A stretch of DNA of 48,279 nucleotides from an uncultured Verrucomicrobiota bacterium (lineage in GTDB: Bacteria; Auribacterota; JABMQX01; JAFGEW01), in the NCBI GenBank assembly GCA_964449605.1, contig CAYUZG010000001.1, positions 1 through 48,279 on the forward strand, read 5' to 3'. The notes beneath the pieces are model-generated. The model saw only the letters and a program-made list of their open reading frames with translations. It was not told the origin of the DNA and searched no databases. Each line of letters opens with the position of its first letter. The first letter of the stretch is position 1. A program made the translations under genes and the position numbers. This document shows positions 6,559-15,276 of the stretch, piece after piece.

Positions 6559-9069
6559 CTAGCGGCGCTTGGCGAACTTGAGGGCGATGTCGCGGGTGAA
6601 GGCAGGGAGCGGCACGGCGAGTCGGCCGCCCTCGGCGCGCAGTTGGGTCCGGTCGATGACTGCGCCGGCGTAGCAGTCCCAGATCTCGACGTTGTAGTCG
6701 CCGTCCTCGAGCTCAGTGATGACGGCGACCGCGTCGTCGAATCGGCGCGGCTCGCCCTCGCGCTCGAAGTGGTAGACGGCGTTGGCCTGGTTGTGCGCGC
6801 CCCAGCCGAGCTGGCTCGAAGGCGCGAAGAACTCGTAGTACTCCTCGTCGTAGACCCACGCGTAGCCGCCGGTGCTGTTGGCGAGCGCGAGCGTCCGGAG
6901 GTGGCGGATCGGTTTGCCGTCTGTGTTGAAGGCGTCAAGGTGCTTGGTGTCGAGGCTGCGGTCGCGCTTGTCCTCGCCGGCCGTATAGCGGGCGATGGCG
7001 GCGTAGTGGCAGTAGAGGTCGCACTCGTCGACGAAGTCCTCCCACCACGTCATCGGCATTGCGGCGAGCTTGGTCATCCAGCCGGCCCAGGCGAAGGCGT
7101 GGGTATCGGCGATGAGCAGCGGCTTCGGGCCGGCGAACCATTGGCCGCCGCACTCGGTGATGATGGCCGGCTTGCGGAACGAGTCGAAGTGCCTGGCGGC
7201 CCGGACGAGGTGGCCGGGCATCGGCTCGTAGTAGAGGTCGTACCTCGTGCCGTCGATGGACCTGCCGGGGATACCGCCGCGGTAAGCGTCGCCTGCGACG
7301 AGGTCCATCCGGCGGTCGCGCGCGAGGATCGGGTCGACGGCATCGTAGTCGTTGCTGTAGTGGTTGGTGGTCGGGTGGCCGTACGGGTCCATCTCTTTGA
7401 CCATGTCGGCCATGGCGAGCGCCCAGGGGCGGACCGCATCATCGTTGTTGTGCAGCACGAGGTCGGCCTCGCTGATCATGGTCCAGCAGGCGACGTTGGT
7501 GCTGTCGGCGTAGCGGGCGATGATGTAGCGGAGCCGTTTGCGCATCGCCTCGTGTGCGCGCTGGTCGGTGAGGAGCTTGCTGCCGTCGCGGAGCCAGCCG
7601 CCATTGCGCGTGTAGTATGGGTGGTGCTGGAACTCGTTGTCGCTGAATGTGGCGCTTTCGCTCTCGCCCATGCAGTAGATGCCGTGGCAGGTCAGATCGA
7701 TATTGGCGTAGATACCGTACTGGTGGCACTGCTCGAGGACGCGGTCGAGGCGCCAGGCGTGCTCGAGGCTGTAGTGGCCGACGCCGGCCCAGCCGCGCCA
7801 GTCGCCGCGCCACTCGATCTCGAAGCCCCACGAGGCGAACCAGAGCTCGGTCCAGTTGATCCCGTTCTCGGCGCACTTGCGGAGCCGATCGTCGTAGAAG
7901 AGCGTGTAGCGGTGTGTCTCGATGATGCGCTCGTTGTCGCGCACCTTCGTCTGATAGCGGTAGTCGTAGTGGCAGTGCAGGTTGATCCCGATGCCCCACC
8001 ACGGGCGCCCGCTCTCGAACTCGAGGTAGTGGTAGTCGGCCTCCGAGACGCGCAGAAAGCCGTCGCTCGGCGCGTCGAGCACGTCGAACCGGCGCGGTTT
8101 CGTTGTCCGCTCGCCCGCGGCGTCGCGCGCTGTGATCGTCATCGTGTGCGTGCCGACCTCGGACGGCGCGAACCGGACCCGCCACGACGGCTCGCCCACG
8201 GGGACGAGCTCCTCGCGCTGGCCGATGATGCGCCGCCGGTAGTCCTGGTACCAGAAGCCGAACACCTCGAGCGTGCGGCCCGATGGCGTCGTGATCTGGG
8301 CCCGCACGTCGACCACGTCGGGATCGAACGGGTTCGGGTAGATGCGGTCGAGCCGGAAGGCGACCTCATACCGCTCGTACTTGCGCGCCGTGGGGGGCGG
8401 CACGAGGTCGCAGATGCGTGGTGGGTCCGTGGGTTGCTCGGCGTCGACGAGCAGGTAGGCGCCGGCAAGCAGGACCTGCGTCGCGCCGTCGGCGCGCCCG
8501 CGTTCGGCGTCGGGGATCACCATGAGGCCGACACGGCGGGCTTTGCGCAGCGCGTTGCGGTCGTACGGCTTGGCGTGGCCGATGCTCTGCCAGGCGTACT
8601 TGGTGCCGGCATCGGCTGGTTCGGCTGCGAGCGGGACGGTGATCTCGGTCCACCCGTCGTCAGCGACCCCGTTGCCGTCGTGTGCGTCGCCCGCGAGCTC
8701 GTCACGCAGCAGCTTCTGGAACCACCAGTAATCGACGTCCTGGAAGAAGGCGATAAACTGCACGGGCCCCTGGCTGGGCGAGGCGAGCTTGACGCGCAGG
8801 ACGAGAGCCTGAGCGTCGGTCCAGTTGAACTCGCCGTTGGCCCAGGCCTTGGCCTGTTCGCCGACGGGCACGTCGATGACCGTGAACCGGACGCCGTCGC
8901 GATCCACTATCGGAAGGTACTGCTCCTGGCCGTCGCGCTCGGTGACGAGCTTGAGGTCGACGTTGCGCCGTGTTTCCTGTGCGTCGACGGCGGCTGGGCT
9001 CGCGACAGCTCCGAGCCAGACGAATACCGCCCCGGCGATGGCGACAAGGTGTTTCGCAACGGGCTTCAT
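6559..9069 (-). CDS. secreted glycoside-hydrolase-like protein (Ig-like DUF5060-type domain + TIM-barrel-like region)
   Basis: The track ORF extends to 9141. I prefer the ATG at 9069 (MKPVAKHLVAIAGAVFVWLGAVASPAAVDAQE, a signal peptide), which is preceded by GAGGGAAGG. The segment NPFDPDVVDVRAQITTPSGRTLEVFGFWYQDY...WRVRFAPSEVGTHTM looks like the DUF5060 Ig domain that precedes GH5-like barrels. Family assignment is from memory only. Confidence 0.55.
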   Translation of the reverse strand: MKPVAKHLVAIAGAVFVWLGAVASPAAVDAQETRRNVDLKLVTERDGQEQYLPIVDRDGVRFTVIDVPVGEQAKAWANGEFNWTDAQALVLRVKLASPSQGPVQFIAFFQDVDYWWFQKLLRDELAGDAHDGNGVADDGWTEITVPLAAEPADAGTKYAWQSIGHAKPYDRNALRKARRVGLMVIPDAERGRADGATQVLLAGAYLLVDAEQPTDPPRICDLVPPPTARKYERYEVAFRLDRIYPNPFDPDVVDVRAQITTPSGRTLEVFGFWYQDYRRRIIGQREELVPVGEPSWRVRFAPSEVGTHTMTITARDAAGERTTKPRRFDVLDAPSDGFLRVSEADYHYLEFESGRPWWGIGINLHCHYDYRYQTKVRDNERIIETHRYTLFYDDRLRKCAENGINWTELWFASWGFEIEWRGDWRGWAGVGHYSLEHAWRLDRVLEQCHQYGIYANIDLTCHGIYCMGESESATFSDNEFQHHPYYTRNGGWLRDGSKLLTDQRAHEAMRKRLRYIIARYADSTNVACWTMISEADLVLHNNDDAVRPWALAMADMVKEMDPYGHPTTNHYSNDYDAVDPILARDRRMDLVAGDAYRGGIPGRSIDGTRYDLYYEPMPGHLVRAARHFDSFRKPAIITECGGQWFAGPKPLLIADTHAFAWAGWMTKLAAMPMTWWEDFVDECDLYCHYAAIARYTAGEDKRDRSLDTKHLDAFNTDGKPIRHLRTLALANSTGGYAWVYDEEYYEFFAPSSQLGWGAHNQANAVYHFEREGEPRRFDDAVAVITELEDGDYNVEIWDCYAGAVIDRTQLRAEGGRLAVPLPAFTRDIALKFAKRR

Positions 9070-9517
9070 CACGTGTGTCCGCCTTCCCTCGTGTGCGCTA
9101 TGCGCTGGCTCCCGCTCACGCGCTGTATGACACGGTATCACGGATCGCGGTTCCCGGCAAGCGGCCCTCGGCGCGGCATCGTGTGCGCGCCCGGGTGCTC
9201 CAGGTGGCGCCTCGCACCCGGCTCGGTTGGGGCGAACGGCTTGCTCGGTTCATTTGAATTCCCTTGACCCTCGCACGTCCCAGTGTCATGGTTCGTGCGA
9301 GGAGGATGCGTTGCCTTACTGGGCGGCGCCCGCCGGATCAGGGGTCAGAACTGCACTGCCGGAGAACGGGAAGGAACGCTCACCGCGTTCGAACGGAGGA
9401 TCCCGGGAGATCGAGCAGGGACCGGCCGCGCATCAGCCCATCCCTGCGCTCGGCTCGCGTCCTGGGTCCCTGCCCGGGCGGCGAGCATCCAAATTCTCCC
9501 GCGCATAGGAGGGAACA

Positions 9518-10534
9518 ATGAGATCGCAGACCTGCCAGTATCGGACTGTGCTTGGCCGGCCCCGTATCGGGGCGCTTGCCGCGCTGCTTGCGGCCGTGGT
9601 CGCGTGCGCGCTCTCGGGCCCTGCGGACGCGACGGGATGGGGCCAGGGAAGCTCGGGGGGCTCGAGCGGGTCGGAACGCACTATTACCATCGATCCGGTG
9701 CCGCGGTTCGACGAGGCCGATGTCCGCGCGCTCGTCGAGAAACCGTCGATCGCCGAGTTCAGCGTGGACAACCCGCGGATCGCCAAGGGCGGCTCGGCCA
9801 AGCTCACCTGGCGCGTCGAGAACGCCGACAGCGTCAGCATCTCGACCATCGGCTCGGTGAGCCACTCCGGCTCGCGGGCAGTCTCGCCACAAGCGAAGAC
9901 GACGTATGTGCTGACGGCCAAGAACAACAACGGGACCGTCACCAAGGCGGTCACGGTGGACATCACGAACCTAGCCATCATCGCCACGGTGCATAAGATC
10001 GACACGACTCCTGGCACGGTCATGGTGCTCGGGAACGTCGCCTACGACTTCGTCGCCACGTCGAACTCGGCGCGGTGGGCGAGCAGCAAGCCGCTGTCGT
10101 TCGGCGGATACGGCGGCACAAACGGCTGGGCCAGGAAGATGAACAGCGTCCGCGCCGAGGACAACAAGGACTACCAGAACGTGCTCCAGGTCGAGCCCGA
10201 GCACAAGACGAACGGCTTCGTCTACGGCGAATACAGCGTGACCATCCCGCCCAACGGCACGTTCACTGCGACCGTTGGGCTGACCAAGGGGCACGGCTCG
10301 CCCGATGGCGCGACGGTAACCATCCAGGTCCGTGGCCCGGCAGTCGGCCGCCGGAAGGCGCCGTGGAAATCGGTCGTGGTCAAGACCATCAAGCACGACG
10401 GCCGCCTCGACACGATCACGGCCGACCTCAAGCCGTGGGCGAACAAGACGGTGACGATCCGGCTCGTCGTGACGGCGGGCCAGAGCTTCAAAGATGACGT
10501 GGTGCTCTGGATCGCGGCGCGCGTCCTTAAGTAG
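9518..10534 (+). CDS. secreted (possibly lipo-)protein with an Ig-like domain; first gene of the 20-kb array
   Basis: Strong RBS (AGGAGGGAACA-ATG). Signal peptide IGALAALLAAVVAC with a possible lipobox. Ig-like segment: KGGSAKLTWRVENADSVSISTIGSV..G.RAVSPQAKTTYVLTAKNNNG. Confidence 0.65.
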   Translation: MRSQTCQYRTVLGRPRIGALAALLAAVVACALSGPADATGWGQGSSGGSSGSERTITIDPVPRFDEADVRALVEKPSIAEFSVDNPRIAKGGSAKLTWRVENADSVSISTIGSVSHSGSRAVSPQAKTTYVLTAKNNNGTVTKAVTVDITNLAIIATVHKIDTTPGTVMVLGNVAYDFVATSNSARWASSKPLSFGGYGGTNGWARKMNSVRAEDNKDYQNVLQVEPEHKTNGFVYGEYSVTIPPNGTFTATVGLTKGHGSPDGATVTIQVRGPAVGRRKAPWKSVVVKTIKHDGRLDTITADLKPWANKTVTIRLVVTAGQSFKDDVVLWIAARVLK

Positions 10535-10570
10535 ACGGCGACGGGCTTTGAGGCAACGAGGAGAAGACCG

Positions 10571-12094
10571 ATGAGGATACGGATTCTGATTGCAGGCCTC
10601 GCGGCGAGCGCGGCGATCTCGATGGGGCTCGCGTCTGTGCCTGCCGTGGCGACCATGGCCGAGGCCGAACCGAAGCTCATGGTGATGCACAACGTGCAGA
10701 TGGTCAAGATCGGCGACGCGGCGGGCGTCTCGGAGGATATCAAGAACAAGGGAGGCAAGGGACCGAACCCGAACGTGTACGTGGACCTGTTCACCCAGTT
10801 CGAGGACATCCCGAACCCCGAGCGCGTTCTGAGCCTGAACGACCGGGTCTACTTCGACATCGAGGAGCAGTCGGGCATCTATTATTACTGGCCGCAGGAC
10901 TACTCGCTCGCGCACGACCCGGACCTGGGCCACCTGTTCCGCATCCGCTACGGCGTCGTCACGCCCGACGACGAGGAGAGCGCCAACAACGTCGCGGTCG
11001 CCTTCACGCTCTGGGGTGGCTACTCGAAAGGCGACTACGACCTGCTCAAGTTCCTGCTCAACAAGTACCTCGAACGGGAGAACCTGCCGCCGTGCACGGA
11101 TCTCAAGGCGCTCCCGTTTCATTCGTGCGACTTCACCTTCGGCGCGGCCGCGAGCTACGGCGTGCCCGACCAGCAGATCTCGGTCCCCGTGCTGAGCGAC
11201 ATCGCCGGCTTCATGGACGTGACGCTCACCACCGACGAGGTGACCGTCGAAGGCCTCAAGGTGGCGCTCCAGGACATCCAGGGCCTCACCGGCAAGGTGA
11301 AGCTGGTGACCGCCTCGACCGAGGGCGAGGGCTTCGCGATCCCCGAGCTGACGGCCCACGTGAGCCTGTGCGACACGAGGACCTACCAGCGCGAGCCGTA
11401 CGTACGCAACCGCACGTTCACCAACAGCAACGATTTCCCCGTGCGCCTCAAGGCGCTCTACTTCCTGGTCGACGCAGGCGACACGGTGAAGCTGTTCGAG
11501 TACGACCTCGGCAACACGCTCGTGCTGCCGGGCCAGCAGGCGAACCTTCGGCACAACCACGTGCACAGCGGGTTGTCCGACCGCGCAATCCGCGGCTGGT
11601 ACGAGTACCGGCTCGTCAACGAGGGCGACAAGATCCAGGAATACTGGGACACCGTGATGAAGCGGCTCACCGTCGGGCTCGGCAAGCGGACGGTGAAGAT
11701 GCTCACGCTCGAAGTGCTCGACGAGGACTGGTTCGACGAGTACGGCGTCGAGCTCATCAAGGTCAAGGTCCGGTCGAAGCACTTCGACCCGAACAGCAAG
11801 ACGGTGCTCACGAAGAACTACAAGCTCGACGCCGACGAGCCCGAGGTGAAGGGCGACGCGCTCTTCTTCATCGAGGGCGAGGAGCACGAGGACACGTCGT
11901 ACTTCGAGTACAAGATCTACATGATTGACCTGAACGGCGACGTGCACCGTGACTCGGACTGGCGCGAAGGCGTCGAGGATGACGAGGGAATCTACATCGG
12001 CAAGAAGCACTTCGACGAGCTGATCGGTACACCCGAAGACGACAGCGACGAGAGCGACGACAACGGCGGCGACGAGGACGAGGACGACGAGTGA
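10571..12094 (+). CDS. secreted protein, divergent member of the YYYxP paralogue family, acidic C-terminal tail
   Basis: RBS GAGGAGAAGACCG-ATG. Signal peptide MRIRILIAGLAASAAISMGLASVPAVA. IYYYWP motif at nt 10880-10894. C-terminal tail DDSDESDDNGGDEDEDDE. Confidence 0.7.
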   Translation: MRIRILIAGLAASAAISMGLASVPAVATMAEAEPKLMVMHNVQMVKIGDAAGVSEDIKNKGGKGPNPNVYVDLFTQFEDIPNPERVLSLNDRVYFDIEEQSGIYYYWPQDYSLAHDPDLGHLFRIRYGVVTPDDEESANNVAVAFTLWGGYSKGDYDLLKFLLNKYLERENLPPCTDLKALPFHSCDFTFGAAASYGVPDQQISVPVLSDIAGFMDVTLTTDEVTVEGLKVALQDIQGLTGKVKLVTASTEGEGFAIPELTAHVSLCDTRTYQREPYVRNRTFTNSNDFPVRLKALYFLVDAGDTVKLFEYDLGNTLVLPGQQANLRHNHVHSGLSDRAIRGWYEYRLVNEGDKIQEYWDTVMKRLTVGLGKRTVKMLTLEVLDEDWFDEYGVELIKVKVRSKHFDPNSKTVLTKNYKLDADEPEVKGDALFFIEGEEHEDTSYFEYKIYMIDLNGDVHRDSDWREGVEDDEGIYIGKKHFDELIGTPEDDSDESDDNGGDEDEDDE

Positions 12095-12146
12095 GCCTGC
12101 CTGTCTGGGGGGCGGCAGGCACGCGTCACCGTTTGAATAAGGACTC

Positions 12147-13415
12147 GTGCGAAGGCGTCTGTCTCGCGGGGGAGACGGAGGAATGGAGCGGGAGTTGGCC
12201 AAAGGCTGCCGGGCCTGTGTCGCAGCGGCGGGGGTGTTACTCATCGCGCTGCTGTGCGGGCACGCCGCGGCGCTGCCGCTGCTGACCGTGCGCGAGACCA
12301 TCGAGGGGCTCGTCATCTACCCCGACGACAAGGAGGCCCGCGTCTTTTACTACGTGCCGGGCCGCATCGAGCTGGCGGAAACCGACGGCACGCCGCAGTT
12401 CAGCTTCCGCCGGATGCGCTACGCGGGCACGCGGCTCATGGGCGACCAGGGCACCTTCCGCGGCCGCGGCGACATCTCGTTCACTGTGCGCTTCGAAAAC
12501 CTGAGCGACAAGGTTGCCAAGGCGCACGCGGTGCTCAAGCGGACGCGCAATCGCCGGGCCGTCCTCCTGCCCATCCCCGTCGACACAGTCGAGGCCGAGC
12601 TTGTGTACTCGGTCATCGAGGGGGGCGACGTGCAGCAAGGCGAGCGGCTCGCCACCGGCCTGTGGGCCGAGCCGCCCACGCAGCCCGCGACCGAAGGACC
12701 GAGCGCCGGCCAGTGGGAGTCGAAGAGCTTCACGATCGCGCTCAATCCGCGCACCACCCAGCTCATGTGGCAGGCGTACGAGGAACACGCCGTGCTCCTG
12801 TCGCTCAACTACGCCGTGGTCGCCAAGGGCGTGAGCGACCTCGACGTGCTCCCGCTCGAGGCCCAGCGCCGCCTCGACGAGCTGCGCCGTCAGATGCACG
12901 GCGACAAGGACGACGGCGAGCAGTACGAGCCGACCGAGATCGAGCTCGAGACGATCTCGCGCACCGTGCTGGCGGACGCGCTCCAGATCAGCGTCTCGCC
13001 CAGCGAGCATCCCGAATGCTTCCGGAGCGTCGACCTCGACGCCGAGATCCCCGCCGGCTACATCTTCCTCGACGTGTACTGCTATGATTTCCAGAACGAC
13101 CCCGACACGACCATCGCCAAGAAGTCCGTCGAGATCCGGGGCACCGGCATCGCCGGCGGCCGCCCGAAGGTCAAGGTCGATTTCCGGCGCAGCACGCCGG
13201 ACGAGACGATGCAATCGGTCCGGTTCGAGCTCGCCGTCGATCTCGACAAAGGCTTTGAGTACCGGATCGTCGATTATGACGACGAGGGAACGGTCACCAA
13301 GACCGACTGGGTCGCCGTCGCCGACTGGACCGGCGTCCTCGATATCAGCACCGAGTACGATCGGCCGCTTAGCGATGACGATGACGACGATAACGACGAG
13401 AACGCGAACGAGTGA
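12147..13415 (+). CDS. secreted protein, divergent/short member of the YYYxP paralogue family, acidic C-terminal tail
   Basis: GTG start at 12147, with an alternative ATG at 12183. Signal-like segment CVAAAGVLLIALLCGHAAA. VFYYVP motif at 12345-12359, followed by TDGTPQFSF. C-terminal tail SDDDDDDNDENANE. Confidence 0.7.
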   Translation: MRRRLSRGGDGGMERELAKGCRACVAAAGVLLIALLCGHAAALPLLTVRETIEGLVIYPDDKEARVFYYVPGRIELAETDGTPQFSFRRMRYAGTRLMGDQGTFRGRGDISFTVRFENLSDKVAKAHAVLKRTRNRRAVLLPIPVDTVEAELVYSVIEGGDVQQGERLATGLWAEPPTQPATEGPSAGQWESKSFTIALNPRTTQLMWQAYEEHAVLLSLNYAVVAKGVSDLDVLPLEAQRRLDELRRQMHGDKDDGEQYEPTEIELETISRTVLADALQISVSPSEHPECFRSVDLDAEIPAGYIFLDVYCYDFQNDPDTTIAKKSVEIRGTGIAGGRPKVKVDFRRSTPDETMQSVRFELAVDLDKGFEYRIVDYDDEGTVTKTDWVAVADWTGVLDISTEYDRPLSDDDDDDNDENANE

Positions 13416-13425
13416 GAGGTGAAAT

Positions 13426-15273
13426 ATGAAACTGCTGATTGCGGCACTTGCCGTGCTGTGCGCCGCCGCAGGCATCGCGCGCGACGCCGACGCGCTCGTG
13501 AGCTACGACGAGGGGAACCGCACGATCCTGGGCATTATGCTGCTGCAGGACGTGAACGACCCGACGATGTACTACTACATCCCGCCGTACCCGTCGGTGG
13601 CGACGCGGCCCGACGGCACGCTCGAGTTCCTCTGCCTCGGCTTCATCGACGCGAAGAACAACATGAGCGGCGGCATCCTGCACTTCCTGTGCGAGTTCAA
13701 GCTGCCCGACGAGGCGGTCGCCGAACTCCAGAAGGCGCTCGAGAAAGAGGTGCCGGGCGCGAAGCTCGCCGGCGCCGTGCCGCTCCTGGAGCCGAAGGGC
13801 GAGGACGCCTCCTCGTTCGAGGTGATCTCGGCCGTGCTCTCGGACACTGCCGAGGGCGGCTTCACGCGCAAGGTGCTCAGCTCGGGCCACGCGCCGCTCA
13901 CGCCCGGCAGCAAGGCGGCCGTCGCCGCAGTGCTCAGTCCCCAGGGCGCGACGCTGCTGTGGGAGACGCTCAAGGAGCCGACGGCCGATATCTCGATCAG
14001 CATCCACGCCTACTACGAGGCCGCCGTCGCCGGCTACAACGCGAAGGTGACCGCCGAGATCAGCACCGTCTACGAGCACTTCAGCTCCGTGCTCAACGTG
14101 CAGAAGGCCCACACGCGGCGCCAGCTTCGCAACATCGTCGACGAGATGGTGCGCAAGGCGCTCATCAAGATCGAAGTGACCGAGCGCGCCGGGCTCGATA
14201 TCGACACGAAGTCGATGGACAACATCACGAACCTGATCACGACGAAGCTCGTTGACCTGATGTTCGACGCCGAGACCGGGCTGTCCAAGCTGCCCGAGAA
14301 GGAGACGGCCGTCGAGCAAGGCCAGATCCCCGGCCGGCAGAAGGCGAGCTGGTTCACGCGCACGTTCCTCGGCGGCAGCGGCGACCAGGCCTACATCACC
14401 GACAACCAGTACGTGATGAAGAAGCGCGAGGACATCCAGACGAACCAGTTCTATATCGACCTGACGCGCCGCACGACGATCCGCGTGCCGGTCCACACCG
14501 CCGGCAACATGGGCGGCATCTACGAGTCGTTCAAGGACGACGACAAGGTCTTCCACGTCGTGAACCTCGACGACCCGTCCTTCGAGATGCGCGATGTCTA
14601 CTTCATGGTCGACAATGAGTACGCGACGGCGTTCGATGACACAATCAACTTCGTCGCGGTCTCGTTCCGCAAGCAGTACCCGGAGTCGCATGACGTGACC
14701 GAGCAGCTCATGTTCACCTCGAAGGATATCGCGCAGGGCAGCACGTCGAAGTCCGTGCGCTACCCGCGCCTCGGCATCACGGACAGCTCGTGGCTCGACT
14801 ACGAGTACCGCGTCAACTGGAGCGTGCGCGACCGCCCGACCGTGACGATGCCGGCCGGCAAGGACCAGTGGCTCAAAGCCAAGGACAGCACGATCGCCCT
14901 CGTGCCGCCGTTCACGAAGCTGACCGTCGGCGTCGAGGTCGACGGCATCCAGGACGATTTCGAGGCCAACAACGTCTACTACGCGCGGGTCGAGATGCGC
15001 TGGTCGCTCGTCGGCGAACCGCGTTCGGCCCACCCGGCCATCATCCGCTGGAACGATGGCGAGCCGCGCAAGGAGTTCATCATCTACTACGACCGCGACA
15101 CCTCGCCCGAGTACCGCATCATCTGGCAGGAGAAGGGCGGCACCGGGAAAATCACCGAGCCGTGGCACAAGATCAGTGCCGGCTCGAACGAGTACGAGAT
15201 CTTCCTCCCGCTGCCGACGTTCGAACAGGAAGCGACGGAGACAACGGAGGCTTCGGCCCCTGAGGAGGAATGA
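13426..15273 (+). CDS. secreted protein, long member of the YYYxP paralogue family
   Basis: RBS GAGAGGTGAAAT-ATG. Signal peptide MKLLIAALAVLCAAAGIA. Motifs: MYYYIPPYP (YYY at 13570-13578), GGILHFLCEF, GHAPLTPGSKAAV....GATLLWETLK, and the C-module NLDDPSFEMRDVYFMVD...INFVAVSFRKQ...YEYRVNW. Confidence 0.8.
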   Translation: MKLLIAALAVLCAAAGIARDADALVSYDEGNRTILGIMLLQDVNDPTMYYYIPPYPSVATRPDGTLEFLCLGFIDAKNNMSGGILHFLCEFKLPDEAVAELQKALEKEVPGAKLAGAVPLLEPKGEDASSFEVISAVLSDTAEGGFTRKVLSSGHAPLTPGSKAAVAAVLSPQGATLLWETLKEPTADISISIHAYYEAAVAGYNAKVTAEISTVYEHFSSVLNVQKAHTRRQLRNIVDEMVRKALIKIEVTERAGLDIDTKSMDNITNLITTKLVDLMFDAETGLSKLPEKETAVEQGQIPGRQKASWFTRTFLGGSGDQAYITDNQYVMKKREDIQTNQFYIDLTRRTTIRVPVHTAGNMGGIYESFKDDDKVFHVVNLDDPSFEMRDVYFMVDNEYATAFDDTINFVAVSFRKQYPESHDVTEQLMFTSKDIAQGSTSKSVRYPRLGITDSSWLDYEYRVNWSVRDRPTVTMPAGKDQWLKAKDSTIALVPPFTKLTVGVEVDGIQDDFEANNVYYARVEMRWSLVGEPRSAHPAIIRWNDGEPRKEFIIYYDRDTSPEYRIIWQEKGGTGKITEPWHKISAGSNEYEIFLPLPTFEQEATETTEASAPEEE

Positions 15274-15276
15274 GCC

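Noticed and set aside
6421-9267. 948-aa + strand ORF opposite the glycosidase-like gene. Also 3429..5564 (-) opposite the TPR/M1-like gene.
   Set aside because: Same antisense-artefact composition. The opposite-strand genes carry recognisable domains (a DUF5060-like Ig domain, the M1-like QQWYG region) and sensible starts.
9375-9400. GTTCGAAC-containing stretch checked as a possible tRNA T-arm. All other intergenic regions were also scanned for tRNA or rRNA.
   Set aside because: There are no flanking acceptor or anticodon stems and no cloverleaf geometry. I could not support any RNA gene of a known class in this window.
9227-9996. Several 85-237-aa ORFs (for example 9283..9996 +) in and beyond the 9070-9517 intergenic region.
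   Set aside because: They have no RBS and an Arg/Gly/Pro-rich composition, and they run into the well-supported 9518 gene in another frame. The region is better read as a long divergent regulatory region.
12095-12120. 7-bp GC stem (GCCTGCC / GGCAGGC) right after the 10571 gene stop, considered as an internal terminator.
   Set aside because: It has a 12-nt loop, no following T-tract, and the next gene starts ~30 nt later. At most it is a weak attenuator, which is not enough to split the operon.
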